Assembly (NCBI GenBank): GCA_029934065.1
Contig: JAOZMX010000003.1
Coordinates: forward strand, 1 to 53,488
Length of the DNA stretch: 53,488 nt
From: Bacteroidales bacterium
GTDB lineage: Bacteria > Bacteroidota > Bacteroidia > Bacteroidales > 4484-276
Direction: 5' to 3'
In this document: one piece after another, positions 26,637 to 36,247 of the stretch
Position numbering within the stretch: the first letter of the stretch is position 1
Layout of the letters: each line of letters starts with the position of its first letter
Translations under genes and position numbers: made by a program
Notes under the pieces: generated by a model
The model's input: the letters and a program-made list of their open reading frames with translations, nothing else
The model's database searches: none
Told to the model about the DNA's origin: nothing

Positions 26637-28538
26637 TCAATACGCTCTAACATTTTTCTTTTCAACGTAGTTGATAAAAGACTGATTGACCACTTTGTTG
26701 CCTCCCGGCGTAGGATAATTGCCCGTAAAATACCAATCGCCGGTATGCTCCGGAATGGCGGCATGCAGGTCTTCGATGGACTGATAGATGATTTCCACTT
26801 TGGAAGTGATGCCCTGCGGAGTGACGATTTGGGCAATTTTGTCGGATATCTGTTGGGCGGTAAAGGGCTTGTAAATTTCCTTCACGTAATTGACGATCTC
26901 TTCCTTGGGCAAATCCTGCTGCATTTTCGACTTTTTGTAAACCTCGTTGATCACACCTTCCAATCCGTTGCTTTTGAGCAGCTCGACGGCAGCTCTGAAA
27001 GCCACAAAGTCGCTGATCTTGGTCATGTCGATGCCGTAGCAGTCGGGATAGCGGATTTGCGGTGCCGAGGATGCAATGATGATCTTCCGGGGTTGCAGTC
27101 TGTCCAGGATGCGGATGATGCTCTGCCGGAGGGTGGTCCCCCTCACGATGGAATCGTCAATCACCACCAGATTATCAATGCCGCGCCGAACAACGCCGTA
27201 GGTGATGTCGTAAACGTGGCCCACCAGGTCTTCTCTTCCCGAATCTTTCGAGATAAAGGTGCGGAGCTTGACATCTTTCACGGCAATATCTTCCACACGC
27301 GGAGCAAGCGAAAGGATCTTTTCGAGCGCCGCGGGAGTAGCATCGGCTCCGAGCTCCGTTATGCGATCCGCCTTCACCCGGTTGCAAAAACGGTTGACCT
27401 CTTCTATTAAGCCCTTGAATGCCACTGTGGCCGTGTTGGGGATGTAAGAAAATACCGTATTCTCCAGATCGTGGTTAATGGCATTGAGAATGGCGGGAGC
27501 AAGGTATTTTCCGAGGCGCTTGCGCTCCTGATAAATGTCTTTGTCGGTGCCGCGCGAAAAATAGATGCGCTCGAACGAACAGGCTTTCTTGGGGCCGGGT
27601 GTAATGAACTCCACGTTTTCGATTGTGCCGTCCTTTTTAATGATCAACACGTGTCCGGGCTCAAGCTCTCTGACATCATCGGCTTTGACGTTAAAAGTAG
27701 TTTGTATCACGGGTCTTTCGGAAGCCGCCACGGCAATTTCGTCGTCGTAATAATAAAATGCGGGCCTGATGCCGGAAGGGTCGCGCATCACAAAAGCATC
27801 ACCATGCCCCAGCATCCCGGCGATGGTATATCCGCCGTCCCAACGCTTTGCAGCTTTGACCAGAATTTGCCGGATGTCGAGGTCTTTGGCGATCTTGTCC
27901 GATATCTCGCGTTTGACAAAACCCAGTTTTTTATATTTCCGGTAATGGATTTCGTTCTCTTCATCCAGAAAGTGGCCGATCTTTTCCAGAATGGTGATCG
28001 TGTCGGTGGTTTCAACGGGATACTGCCCCAACTCAATAAGCTGCCCGAAGAGCTCGTCAACGTTGGTCAGGTTGAAGTTGCCTGCGAGAACAAGGTTTTT
28101 GGTTAACCAGTTGCTTCGGCGCATCACGGGATGGAGATTTTTCACGCCGTGTCCGCCGAAGGTTCCGTACCTTAAATGAGCCAGAAAGACTTCGCCCGTG
28201 AACTCCATGTTCTTTTTCAACCAGTTCACATCTTTCAGGCGGTCGGGATGTTGCTTTTGCAGCTCGTTGAATCCGGAATAGATGTGCTTGAAAGTATCAA
28301 TGATGGGGGTGGAGCTGTTGGAGCGGTACCGGTTGATGTATTTCATGCCCGGCTCGGGGTCGAGTTTGATGTTGGCGATCCCGGCGCCGTCCTGACCGCG
28401 GTTGTGCTGTTTTTGCATCATCAGATGCATTTTGTTGAGGGCGTAAAATCCGGTGCCGTATTTGACTTGATAATATTCCGGTGGTTTCAGCAGCCTGAGC
28501 AGCGCGATTCCACATTCGTGTTTGATGATTTCGCTCAT
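26637..28538 (-). CDS. purF: Amidophosphoribosyltransferase (Bacteroidota long form)
   Basis: KHECG N-terminal nucleophile, QHNRGQDGAG, HLRYGT, CSFERIYFSRG, PRPP motif VVIDDSIVRGTT, YPDCYGIDM, FTGNYP. Confidence 0.93.
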   Translation of the reverse strand: MSEIIKHECGIALLRLLKPPEYYQVKYGTGFYALNKMHLMMQKQHNRGQDGAGIANIKLDPEPGMKYINRYRSNSSTPIIDTFKHIYSGFNELQKQHPDRLKDVNWLKKNMEFTGEVFLAHLRYGTFGGHGVKNLHPVMRRSNWLTKNLVLAGNFNLTNVDELFGQLIELGQYPVETTDTITILEKIGHFLDEENEIHYRKYKKLGFVKREISDKIAKDLDIRQILVKAAKRWDGGYTIAGMLGHGDAFVMRDPSGIRPAFYYYDDEIAVAASERPVIQTTFNVKADDVRELEPGHVLIIKKDGTIENVEFITPGPKKACSFERIYFSRGTDKDIYQERKRLGKYLAPAILNAINHDLENTVFSYIPNTATVAFKGLIEEVNRFCNRVKADRITELGADATPAALEKILSLAPRVEDIAVKDVKLRTFISKDSGREDLVGHVYDITYGVVRRGIDNLVVIDDSIVRGTTLRQSIIRILDRLQPRKIIIASSAPQIRYPDCYGIDMTKISDFVAFRAAVELLKSNGLEGVINEVYKKSKMQQDLPKEEIVNYVKEIYKPFTAQQISDKIAQIVTPQGITSKVEIIYQSIEDLHAAIPEHTGDWYFTGNYPTPGGNKVVNQSFINYVEKKNVRAY

Positions 28539-28575
28539 GGTGTTAACATCAGATTTGCGGCAAAATTACCCGGTG

Positions 28576-28583
28576 CAAATGTA
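28576..28583 (-). promoter_or_regulatory. -7 box (TACATTTG) for purF
   Basis: TAnnTTTG match; a second match TAATTTTG lies at 28561-28568. Confidence 0.5.
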
Positions 28584-28591
28584 GTAAAACC

Positions 28592-28632
28592 AAAATAAAA
28601 ACACCCCCTCCGTTTTTACGGAAGAGGTGTTT
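28592..28632 (-). terminator. Intrinsic terminator downstream of the nor gene
   Basis: AAACACC..TCCGT-TTTT-ACGGA..GGTGTTT hairpin with a U-rich tract on the minus strand. A second hairpin AGCTTTCAGCC/GGTTGAAAGCT lies at 28667-28693. Confidence 0.65.
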
Positions 28633-28700
28633 GCGCCTTAAATTATTAACCCAAAATACAAATTTCAGCTTTCAGCCTTTCCGGTTGAAAGCTACGATTA

Positions 28701-30947
28701 TCATGCTGTCAGGGCTTTTTTGCCCATGAAAGTTTTTTTGAACAGATCGAGGAATACGACCACACCGCCGAGGATCATCATCGAATCGGGGAGGATACGG
28801 AACCACATCCAGCCTTTCAGCAGTTCGATGGCTTCGCGTGTCCTTGTGTAGTAATATCCCATTTCGGCAGACACTTTGGTTTGCTGCAGCCCAATGATGA
28901 GCGTAGGTATGGTGTAGATCAACACACCTATTGTCAGCAGCCAGAATCCGATTTTACTCCATTTGTCGTTCCATACCCATCCGTTGGCCATGGCGTTGGC
29001 ACGGGATGTCATGTAGAGGAATGCGATGGAGATGTATCCGAAAGCACCCAATAAAGCCACATGTCCGTGGGGCATGATCAGGTATGTGCCGTGCGAATAG
29101 TAGGAGATGGTCGGAGTGTTGATGACCATGCCGAAAAATCCGGCGCCGATCCAGTTGAGAACGGCCGACCCTGCAATCCACATGAACGGTGTCCCGAACG
29201 GGTTTGTTCTGCCTTCGGCTTTTTGTTCCCTCTGGTTTTTCCATGCTTCAACGATCATCAGTGCCAGCGGAAGCGGCTCAAGCGACGAGAATATCCCGCC
29301 GATGGCGATCCAGTATTCGTCCAGGCCCTGCCAGAAATAGTGGTGTCCCACACCGAGGGTTCCCGACATCATGATCAGGAACAACTCGAAGAACATGGTT
29401 CTTTCGGCAACCTTTTGCGAGATTAGTCCCAGCGACACGGTAAAGTATGCGATTACACCGGCAGCAAAGAGTTCGAACGTCAGTTCCACCCAAAGGTGAA
29501 TCACCCACCAGCGGTAATAATCATCAACGGTAAAGTTGGGCATTACTTTGTGTATCGGCATCATCCCTGCAATGTACAGCGTTGCGATGGCAAATGCCGA
29601 CCAGATGATCGTGCCGACCAACGGATTGTTGGTTGCCGATTTTCTGATGAGGGTGATGATCAACAGGAACCAGAATACCAGTCCGAGTACCAGTCCGATA
29701 TCCCAAATTCTTCCGAGGTTGAGCAATTCGCGCCCTTCGTTACCGAGCCAGAACCAAACCTCACGCATTTGTCCTGTGGCGCCCATGTACAATCCGATCA
29801 TGGATCCAACGGCAACAACGAGTAAGGCTACCCACAGCACATCCACAAGCCAGGGGAATTTATGATCTTTGTTGGCTACCCACGGGGCGATCAACAATCC
29901 GCCCACAAGCCAGCCCACGGCTACCCAGAGGATGGCCAGTTGGGTGTGCATCGAACGGATCACATTGAACGGCAAAAGGCTTTGCGAGAAAACAAAATCC
30001 TGTGTGGGATCAGCATAAAGGTGTGCCAGGTAAGCTCCGAGGAAAAGCTGAACCACAAACAACAGACTGACAATGGGGATGTACTTCAGCAGTTTCTTCT
30101 GCGATTTGAAAAGCGAAGTGATCTTTAAGGCAGGTTCAAGCTTTTCGCCGGGTTTTTTCTTGAACAGGTATTCGTACGAAAGGAAGATAACGACGATGGT
30201 CAGTGTCCAGAGGAACAGAAACTCCCACAACGAAACGATGTGGTTGTTGTAAAGCAGGTCCTGATCCACCAACGGTTCTTTCGGCCAGTTGTTCGACCAT
30301 GTTCTTTCCTCGCCGATCTTGCCTTCGGTACCAGGGCGGATGGAAGAAGCTACTAATTGCGACCAGTCAACGAAGGCAGCAATCTTTTTTGCTTCCTCCG
30401 GCAGAATCACACCGCCGGGAAATGCTCTTTCGTGATCACCGTTGACCAGCATGTCGGTCAGGTGTTGTACGTTTTTCTTGTAGGCTGCTGCCGATGCATT
30501 CGTATAGGTTACCCCTTCTTCGAGCAGCTTGGTCTGTTTGTGGAAGTCCCGCTTCACAAGCTCTTTGACTGCACCACGCTCAATATCGGTCAGGCTTTTG
30601 GCCGATTTATGATACTTTTGCTGTGCATAATAATCGTACAAATACTCGGCCCTGTGATGGAAAAAATCGGTGGAGAAATCAGGGCCCATGTAAGCGCCCA
30701 TACCGAGCATCGTGCCCCAGTCCATCAGGTCAAACTCCTGAAAATAACCTTTTCCTTCAACAACGTCATCGTAAGTGTACAATACTTCTCCAGATTCCGA
30801 TTTAACGTCCTTCGGGATCGGAGGAACTTCTTTTTGCAGGGTGGCAGTGAAATAGATCAGTGCCGAAACCATGAAAATCGCTATGAACCAGAAAGCCGTA
30901 TAGAGTCCCTTCTTGCTCATGAACTTGTCTAATAAAGATTCTTTCAT
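28701..30947 (-). CDS. norB: Single-subunit quinol-dependent nitric oxide reductase (qNor, NorZ-type)
   Basis: Heme-copper oxidase superfamily: GAYMGPDF, RSMHTQL, EGRELLNLGRIW, YRWWVIHLWVE, GHHYFW, LEPLPL, HGHVALLG; no CxxCH in the N-terminal domain. Confidence 0.88.
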   Translation of the reverse strand: MKESLLDKFMSKKGLYTAFWFIAIFMVSALIYFTATLQKEVPPIPKDVKSESGEVLYTYDDVVEGKGYFQEFDLMDWGTMLGMGAYMGPDFSTDFFHHRAEYLYDYYAQQKYHKSAKSLTDIERGAVKELVKRDFHKQTKLLEEGVTYTNASAAAYKKNVQHLTDMLVNGDHERAFPGGVILPEEAKKIAAFVDWSQLVASSIRPGTEGKIGEERTWSNNWPKEPLVDQDLLYNNHIVSLWEFLFLWTLTIVVIFLSYEYLFKKKPGEKLEPALKITSLFKSQKKLLKYIPIVSLLFVVQLFLGAYLAHLYADPTQDFVFSQSLLPFNVIRSMHTQLAILWVAVGWLVGGLLIAPWVANKDHKFPWLVDVLWVALLVVAVGSMIGLYMGATGQMREVWFWLGNEGRELLNLGRIWDIGLVLGLVFWFLLIITLIRKSATNNPLVGTIIWSAFAIATLYIAGMMPIHKVMPNFTVDDYYRWWVIHLWVELTFELFAAGVIAYFTVSLGLISQKVAERTMFFELFLIMMSGTLGVGHHYFWQGLDEYWIAIGGIFSSLEPLPLALMIVEAWKNQREQKAEGRTNPFGTPFMWIAGSAVLNWIGAGFFGMVINTPTISYYSHGTYLIMPHGHVALLGAFGYISIAFLYMTSRANAMANGWVWNDKWSKIGFWLLTIGVLIYTIPTLIIGLQQTKVSAEMGYYYTRTREAIELLKGWMWFRILPDSMMILGGVVVFLDLFKKTFMGKKALTA

Positions 30948-31031
30948 TTTTTAACTTTTTAAATTTAAATAAATAGAATGATATTAATTATTTATTGCTA
31001 CATTAAAAGTAGTATTAAATGCTAAAGAAAA

Positions 31032-31451
31032 TCAATATTTCATCACCCCCGTTTGTTTCAAATCTTCGAGGGTGGTCGTTTTAAGTGTTTTTAAAAAGCT
31101 TGCTTTGTGTTTTGCCCATACAAAATGCAGCGCACAAGGGTTATCATCCGAGCATTCGCTGAATCCGAGAATGCAGGAATTGAGGCTGTTCATGCCTTCA
31201 ACGGCTTCGATGATCTTGGCCAATGTGATTTCGTTAAGCTTTTTGATGATCTTAAAACCGCCGTCCCTTCCCTGAATGCTAACAAGCAATCCTTCATTGG
31301 ATTTTGCCAACTTTGTCATCAGCCTTGTTAAGTATTTATAGGGAATATTAAGCTGTTCATGGATGTATTTTGCCGTGAACAACTCCCGGTCCTGATTGGC
31401 CATAAATATCAAAACCCTTACTGCGTATTCTGTTGTTTTTGTTAAAATCAT
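31032..31451 (-). CDS. Rrf2 family transcriptional regulator (Fe-S type), probable NO-responsive regulator of nor
   Basis: TEYAVRVL, wHTH IPYKYL, SIQGRDGGF, ITLAKIIEAVEG, CILGFSECSDDNPCALH. ATG 31451 preferred because a TACTTTTG box lies at 31462-31469. Confidence 0.9.
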   Translation of the reverse strand: MILTKTTEYAVRVLIFMANQDRELFTAKYIHEQLNIPYKYLTRLMTKLAKSNEGLLVSIQGRDGGFKIIKKLNEITLAKIIEAVEGMNSLNSCILGFSECSDDNPCALHFVWAKHKASFLKTLKTTTLEDLKQTGVMKY

Positions 31452-31549
31452 AAATACCATGCAAAAGTAGTATTTAATTTTAAATTACAAATTTTTTAAC
31501 AAAAAATTTTTCAGAACGGGCCGGCATTCGTTTCGGGTCGCCTTCTTTG

Positions 31550-31579
31550 GTTACTTTCTTGGCGAGACAAGAAAGTAAC
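31550..31579. repeat. Perfect 12-bp hairpin (small repeat-element-like)
   Basis: GTTACTTTCTTG-GCGAGA-CAAGAAAGTAAC between divergent genes. Confidence 0.6.
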
Positions 31580-31833
31580 AATAAAAATCCTTGGCAATGA
31601 AAAACCGGCACCCTTTTGAATCAGCAATAATCGTGAGTAAAAAAGTCTTCCAATTATTGAAGAAAATATTTTATTAAATTCTGTACATACCCATAAAACC
31701 TTGTTTGGTTGTGGTTCGCCCACGTTGGGATTAAAAGAGACGGTGGATGTTCAAAAAAATTTATTTACTTTTGTGAGGAAGCTTGTATCCGGTATAGCTC
31801 CAAAGAATGGATTGATTACAAATTGAAACACAA

Positions 31834-33336
31834 ATGAAAAAAATTGCAATACTTTTGATTTTAACGGTTTTCTCGATGCAGATCAATGCCCAATATGCGA
31901 CTCCCGGTACCGGTGTAAACTGGACGATGGACGATCTGGTAACAAATTCACAAGGTGTGGTGATCTGGAACTGGGAAGATCAGTATGAGATTTTGCAGGA
32001 CCTTACCATCTCTGCCGGCGACACATTAAGTTTTTATACCGCAACAACGGTGATTCCGCATGAGGATGTACTGATCACAGTGAACGGCATTCTCCGCACT
32101 TTGACCGCTTTGCAGGATGAGGTGATTTTTACCGGTCAGAACAACGGAAGTGTTTATTACAAAGGATTCAGGTTTGAAAATACTTCGGGGACAACGCTGA
32201 CGCGAACATTTTTTTACGGTGCGGGAGGCATCAAAATGGTGAACGCCGGGGCGGAATTCACCGATTGCTGGTTTGAGGGGTTTGATCAGGGTAATTGTAC
32301 GGGTACGGTGGATTTGTTCCAGAGCGATCCTGTTTTTACGGGTTGCAGTTTTATTTATAATGCGGGGCCGGCGGTCAGTTCTGCTGCCAACGGGGTGTCT
32401 TCACCGCAGCTTTTCGGCTGTTATCTGTTTGGAAATGTAAAAGCCAACGTCAATATGCCGCAGATCAATCTCGGTACTTCGGGCAACGACAGCATCAGGA
32501 TCGTCAATTGCTCTGTTATCGGCGATGCCGGTCTCGAACAGGTGGGGGGAATTGCCCTTGCTACGCTGGCCGGTGGGGAGATCAAATGCAGGATTGAGAA
32601 TTGCGGGATTGTTCAAAACCGTTATGGCATTGTCCAATATGGAAACGACATCGGTTCGCTCATCAAAAATAATGTGATCGAAGGCAACAACACCCAGGGT
32701 GCACCCATGCTTGGCGGCAGCGGCATCAATTTTTTCGGTGGTCAAACCAACCAGTCTATTGTTACGGGAAACAAAATAACCGGAAATCTTTGGGGGATTA
32801 CCATTCAAAATACGGCCAAGCCTGATCTGGGCGACCTGCAAAGCGGTATCAGCCCGGGGTTGAATCAAATTTACGACAACGGCAACGAAGGTGTGGTGTA
32901 TGACCTTTACAACAACACACCCAACGACATCATGGCCGAAAACAATTACTGGGGAACCATGGATCCCGACACGGTGGAGCTGCATATCGTCCATCAGCCC
33001 GACGATCCTACGCTTGGGTTTGTGGATTATCTGCCGCTGTGGGACGTTTACACCGGAACAGAAAACAAGATTCGGGAAAAGGATGAAGCGTTGATCGTTG
33101 AACTGTATCCCAATCCGGCAAATGATCATTTGTTCGTTAAAACGACCGGAATGGATGTTTCCGGTCAACCGACAATGATACGGCTCACCGGCTTATCGGG
33201 AGAAAATCTTTTTTCAACACGGATTTTTACCGGAACGCTGAAAATTCCGGTAGCACACCTCCGGCAGGGGCTTTATCTTTTGCATGTCCGGCAGGGCAGT
33301 GCTGCCGAAGTGCGGAAAGTAATCATCAGCCATTGA
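31834..33336 (+). CDS. T9SS-secreted protein with right-handed parallel beta-helix repeats
   Basis: Signal peptide; Asn/Gly-rich helix coils (IxNNxIxGN); AENNYWG; CTD LYPNPAND...GLYLL...RKVII; TACTTTTG box at 31766-31773. Confidence 0.85.
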   Translation: MKKIAILLILTVFSMQINAQYATPGTGVNWTMDDLVTNSQGVVIWNWEDQYEILQDLTISAGDTLSFYTATTVIPHEDVLITVNGILRTLTALQDEVIFTGQNNGSVYYKGFRFENTSGTTLTRTFFYGAGGIKMVNAGAEFTDCWFEGFDQGNCTGTVDLFQSDPVFTGCSFIYNAGPAVSSAANGVSSPQLFGCYLFGNVKANVNMPQINLGTSGNDSIRIVNCSVIGDAGLEQVGGIALATLAGGEIKCRIENCGIVQNRYGIVQYGNDIGSLIKNNVIEGNNTQGAPMLGGSGINFFGGQTNQSIVTGNKITGNLWGITIQNTAKPDLGDLQSGISPGLNQIYDNGNEGVVYDLYNNTPNDIMAENNYWGTMDPDTVELHIVHQPDDPTLGFVDYLPLWDVYTGTENKIREKDEALIVELYPNPANDHLFVKTTGMDVSGQPTMIRLTGLSGENLFSTRIFTGTLKIPVAHLRQGLYLLHVRQGSAAEVRKVIISH

Positions 33337-33475
33337 TCTCCTTGCTATTGGAGGCAAACCGGTATTCTTTTTCCATACCCTGAAAAACAGGAGAAATCAT
33401 TGTTGTTTTCCGAAAATTGATTGATCAAAAGAAAACTTTAATATTTTCGCGCCTTAATTTTCTAATATGTAAGGC

Positions 33476-34927
33476 ATGGTTTTTAGTACGCTTTTGTTTC
33501 TTTTCTTGTTTTTACCTGCTGTAATTATCGGAAATTTTGTTCTTCCCTTCCGGTATAGAAATTATTTCTTGTTACTGGCCAGCTTTGTGTTTTTTGCCTG
33601 GGGAGGAGTAAGTTATTCCCTGTTGTTGGTGGTATCGGTATTGATCAATTACACGATCGGATTGTTGATCCACAAGTACAGGGGGAGGAAAGGGGCCAAA
33701 ATTGCAGTGGGTATTGGCGTCAGCCTGAATTTGCTGATCATTGTTGTCTTTAAATACGCCAATTTTATTTTTGAGAATATCAATTTCATCAGGGCCGATC
33801 TTAATTACGATCCGATCCATTTGGAAAAGATATTGTTGCCCATCGGTATTTCGTTTTATACTTTTCAGGCAATGAGTTATCTGATTGATTTGTACAGAGG
33901 ACAAGTTACTGTTCAAAAAAAACTGACCGATCTGGCTTTGTATATTTTTCTCTTTCCGCAATTAATTGCCGGCCCCATTATCAGGTATCACGATATTGCC
34001 AACCAAATCAGAAACAGAGAGAACAACCTTGATAATTTTGTCAGCGGCATCAGACGGTTCATCCTGGGGCTGGCCAAAAAAGTATTTATTGCCAATCAAA
34101 TGGCTGTTATTGCCGATCAGGCTTTCAGCATTCCCCCCGAGGGGCTTTCCACGGCTTTTGCATGGATGGGGGTTATTGCCTACTCGCTTCAGATTTATTT
34201 CGACTTTTCAGGCTATTCGGATATGGCCATCGGATTGGGCAGGATGTTTGGTTTCAGGTTTTTGGAAAATTTCAACTTTCCATACATTGCCCGCTCCATC
34301 AAAGAGTTCTGGCGAAGATGGCACATTTCTTTATCAAGCTGGTTCAGGGACTATTTATACATTCCGTTGGGCGGAAACAGAAAAGGTGTCGGTAGGACCT
34401 ACCTCAACCTGTTCATTGTATTTTTCCTGACGGGTTTATGGCACGGGGCATCGTGGAATTTTGTAATATGGGGGCTCTTTCACGGGCTTTTCCTTGTTCT
34501 GGAAAGAATTGGGCTTGGAAATCTGCTCCTTAAAACCTGGAAGCCTTTTCAACATCTTTACACACTTTTTATAGTGTTGATTTCCTGGGTATTCTTCAGG
34601 GCCGATACGCTTCCTTCGGCCCTTGGATACTTAAAAGCCATGTTTGTTTTTAAACCCATAACCATGAACCTTGATTTGATTTCGGAATATGATAATGTCC
34701 TTTATTACATCATTGGTGCCGTTGCCATTTTGAGTTCAAGCACCATCTGGGTGGATACCGGAAAAGTATTAGCCGAAATGCAGAAGAAACTTTCGCCGGT
34801 GGCAAACATCATCTATGTTAATATCGGTTTCATATTTGAATTGCTTTCAATCATAGCAGTCCTTGTGTTTACCACATTTTTTCTGGTTTCAAACAGTTAT
34901 AATCCGTTTATTTATTTCAGGTTTTAG
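33476..34927 (+). CDS. MBOAT O-acyltransferase (AlgI/PatA family)
   Basis: MVFS..FLF.FLP, LPIGISFYTFQ, FPQLIAGPI, YFDFSGYSDMAIG, FWRRWHISLS, GLWHGA, YNPFIYFRF. Confidence 0.93.
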   Translation: MVFSTLLFLFLFLPAVIIGNFVLPFRYRNYFLLLASFVFFAWGGVSYSLLLVVSVLINYTIGLLIHKYRGRKGAKIAVGIGVSLNLLIIVVFKYANFIFENINFIRADLNYDPIHLEKILLPIGISFYTFQAMSYLIDLYRGQVTVQKKLTDLALYIFLFPQLIAGPIIRYHDIANQIRNRENNLDNFVSGIRRFILGLAKKVFIANQMAVIADQAFSIPPEGLSTAFAWMGVIAYSLQIYFDFSGYSDMAIGLGRMFGFRFLENFNFPYIARSIKEFWRRWHISLSSWFRDYLYIPLGGNRKGVGRTYLNLFIVFFLTGLWHGASWNFVIWGLFHGLFLVLERIGLGNLLLKTWKPFQHLYTLFIVLISWVFFRADTLPSALGYLKAMFVFKPITMNLDLISEYDNVLYYIIGAVAILSSSTIWVDTGKVLAEMQKKLSPVANIIYVNIGFIFELLSIIAVLVFTTFFLVSNSYNPFIYFRF

Positions 34928-34941
34928 GTCAAAAAATATTT

Positions 34942-36069
34942 ATGAAAGTACGCAACATCATATTATCTGTCGTTTTTGTTCTGATGCTTTTGATACCGGT
35001 AAGCAATCGGTTTCTGCATTTTGCAAAAGATATCGGGAGTAACGAAAACCGTGCCCTTGCCAAAATGCCGGAATTCAAACTTACCTATCTTGACCCTTTT
35101 CCCACAAAGTATGAAGCCTATTATCAGGATCATTTTTTTATCCGGAACCGCATTAGCAAAATGTGGTCGGAAATAAACCGCAAAGTATTTAAAAGATCGC
35201 CCACCGATAAAGCGCTCATTGGTAATGACGGCTGGCTATACATTAAAAAAGATGAACTGAAAACCTATCTGGGACAAAATCTTTTTGACAGTACCGAACT
35301 TGCAAAGTTTAAAAATGAGGTGATCAGAAGAAGGGATTACCTCGACTCGCTGGGATGTAAGTATTATTTTGTAATTGCACCCACAAAATATTCGGTTTAC
35401 CCCGAACATTTGCCGAAAATCTACCGCTTGAGGAAGTATTACACCCGAACGGATCAGATTGTTGACATTGTTTCAACTGTCGAAGGTGTGGAGTTGATTG
35501 ACCTGCGTAAAGTGTTAAATGAATCGAAGACACACGGGTTGTTGTATCGCCCCTCCGACAATCACTGGAATGCATTGGGCGGCTATTATGCTTATACCGA
35601 AATAATGAACCGGATACGCAATGATTTCCCGGAAATAACGCCGGTATATCCCCTGGACAGTTTTAATATTGACGTGCAGGAAGTGGAGGGAGGCAATGTG
35701 TCCCAGATGATGAATGCAAAGGATGATTTCTTTGAATTCATCCCGAAGATCACTTTTAAGAAACAAAAGGTCTGGGTAAGTGAAAAAGCAGGCTATGTGT
35801 CGCCGAAGAATTTCGGGTTTGAAACCGATTACGAGATGGTGTTTACGAATAAAAATCAGAATGATCCGAAAATCCTTGTTATTCGCGATTCATTCGGCTA
35901 TGGAGTTTTGCCGTATCTTTCGGCACATTTCAGCAAATCAGTGTATATTTTCGATGAATGGAAATACATGCTGAACAAGCCCATTGTGGAGAATGAAAAG
36001 CCGGATATTTTTATGCATTTAACATTAGAATGTTTTTATCATCAAATGCTGGAAAATGCCGGCAAATGA
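34942..36069 (+). CDS. AlgJ/AlgX-like (DHHW) SGNH O-acetyltransferase
   Basis: N-terminal TM, ENRALA, GNDGWLY, APTKYSVYPE, DNHWNALG, IRDSFG; adjacent to the AlgI-like gene. Confidence 0.85.
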   Translation: MKVRNIILSVVFVLMLLIPVSNRFLHFAKDIGSNENRALAKMPEFKLTYLDPFPTKYEAYYQDHFFIRNRISKMWSEINRKVFKRSPTDKALIGNDGWLYIKKDELKTYLGQNLFDSTELAKFKNEVIRRRDYLDSLGCKYYFVIAPTKYSVYPEHLPKIYRLRKYYTRTDQIVDIVSTVEGVELIDLRKVLNESKTHGLLYRPSDNHWNALGGYYAYTEIMNRIRNDFPEITPVYPLDSFNIDVQEVEGGNVSQMMNAKDDFFEFIPKITFKKQKVWVSEKAGYVSPKNFGFETDYEMVFTNKNQNDPKILVIRDSFGYGVLPYLSAHFSKSVYIFDEWKYMLNKPIVENEKPDIFMHLTLECFYHQMLENAGK

Positions 36070-36191
36070 TGCTGTCCTCCGGAGATGTCTTATACGGAAT
36101 AAAAATAAATTCGGTTAAATACTTCTGCATGACCTTTAATTCCCATTGCCCTAAAAGCCGGTTAAAGAGAAAATAATCTGTATGAAGTATT

Positions 36192-36226
36192 AAAAAAAAA
36201 GGAGCCCGAAAAGGACTCCTTTTTTT
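36192..36226. terminator. Bidirectional intrinsic terminator
   Basis: A9-GGAGCCC-GAAA-AGGACTCC-T7 between convergent genes. Confidence 0.8.
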
Positions 36227-36247
36227 ATTGTAGGTCAGAAACAAATG

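Noticed and set aside
28701-30947. Calling the gene NO dismutase or a cytochrome c oxidase subunit I
   Set aside because: It retains the HH FeB ligands, the conserved Glu residues and quinol-site His/Asp, and lacks the oxidase cross-linking Tyr pattern; qNor is the best call.
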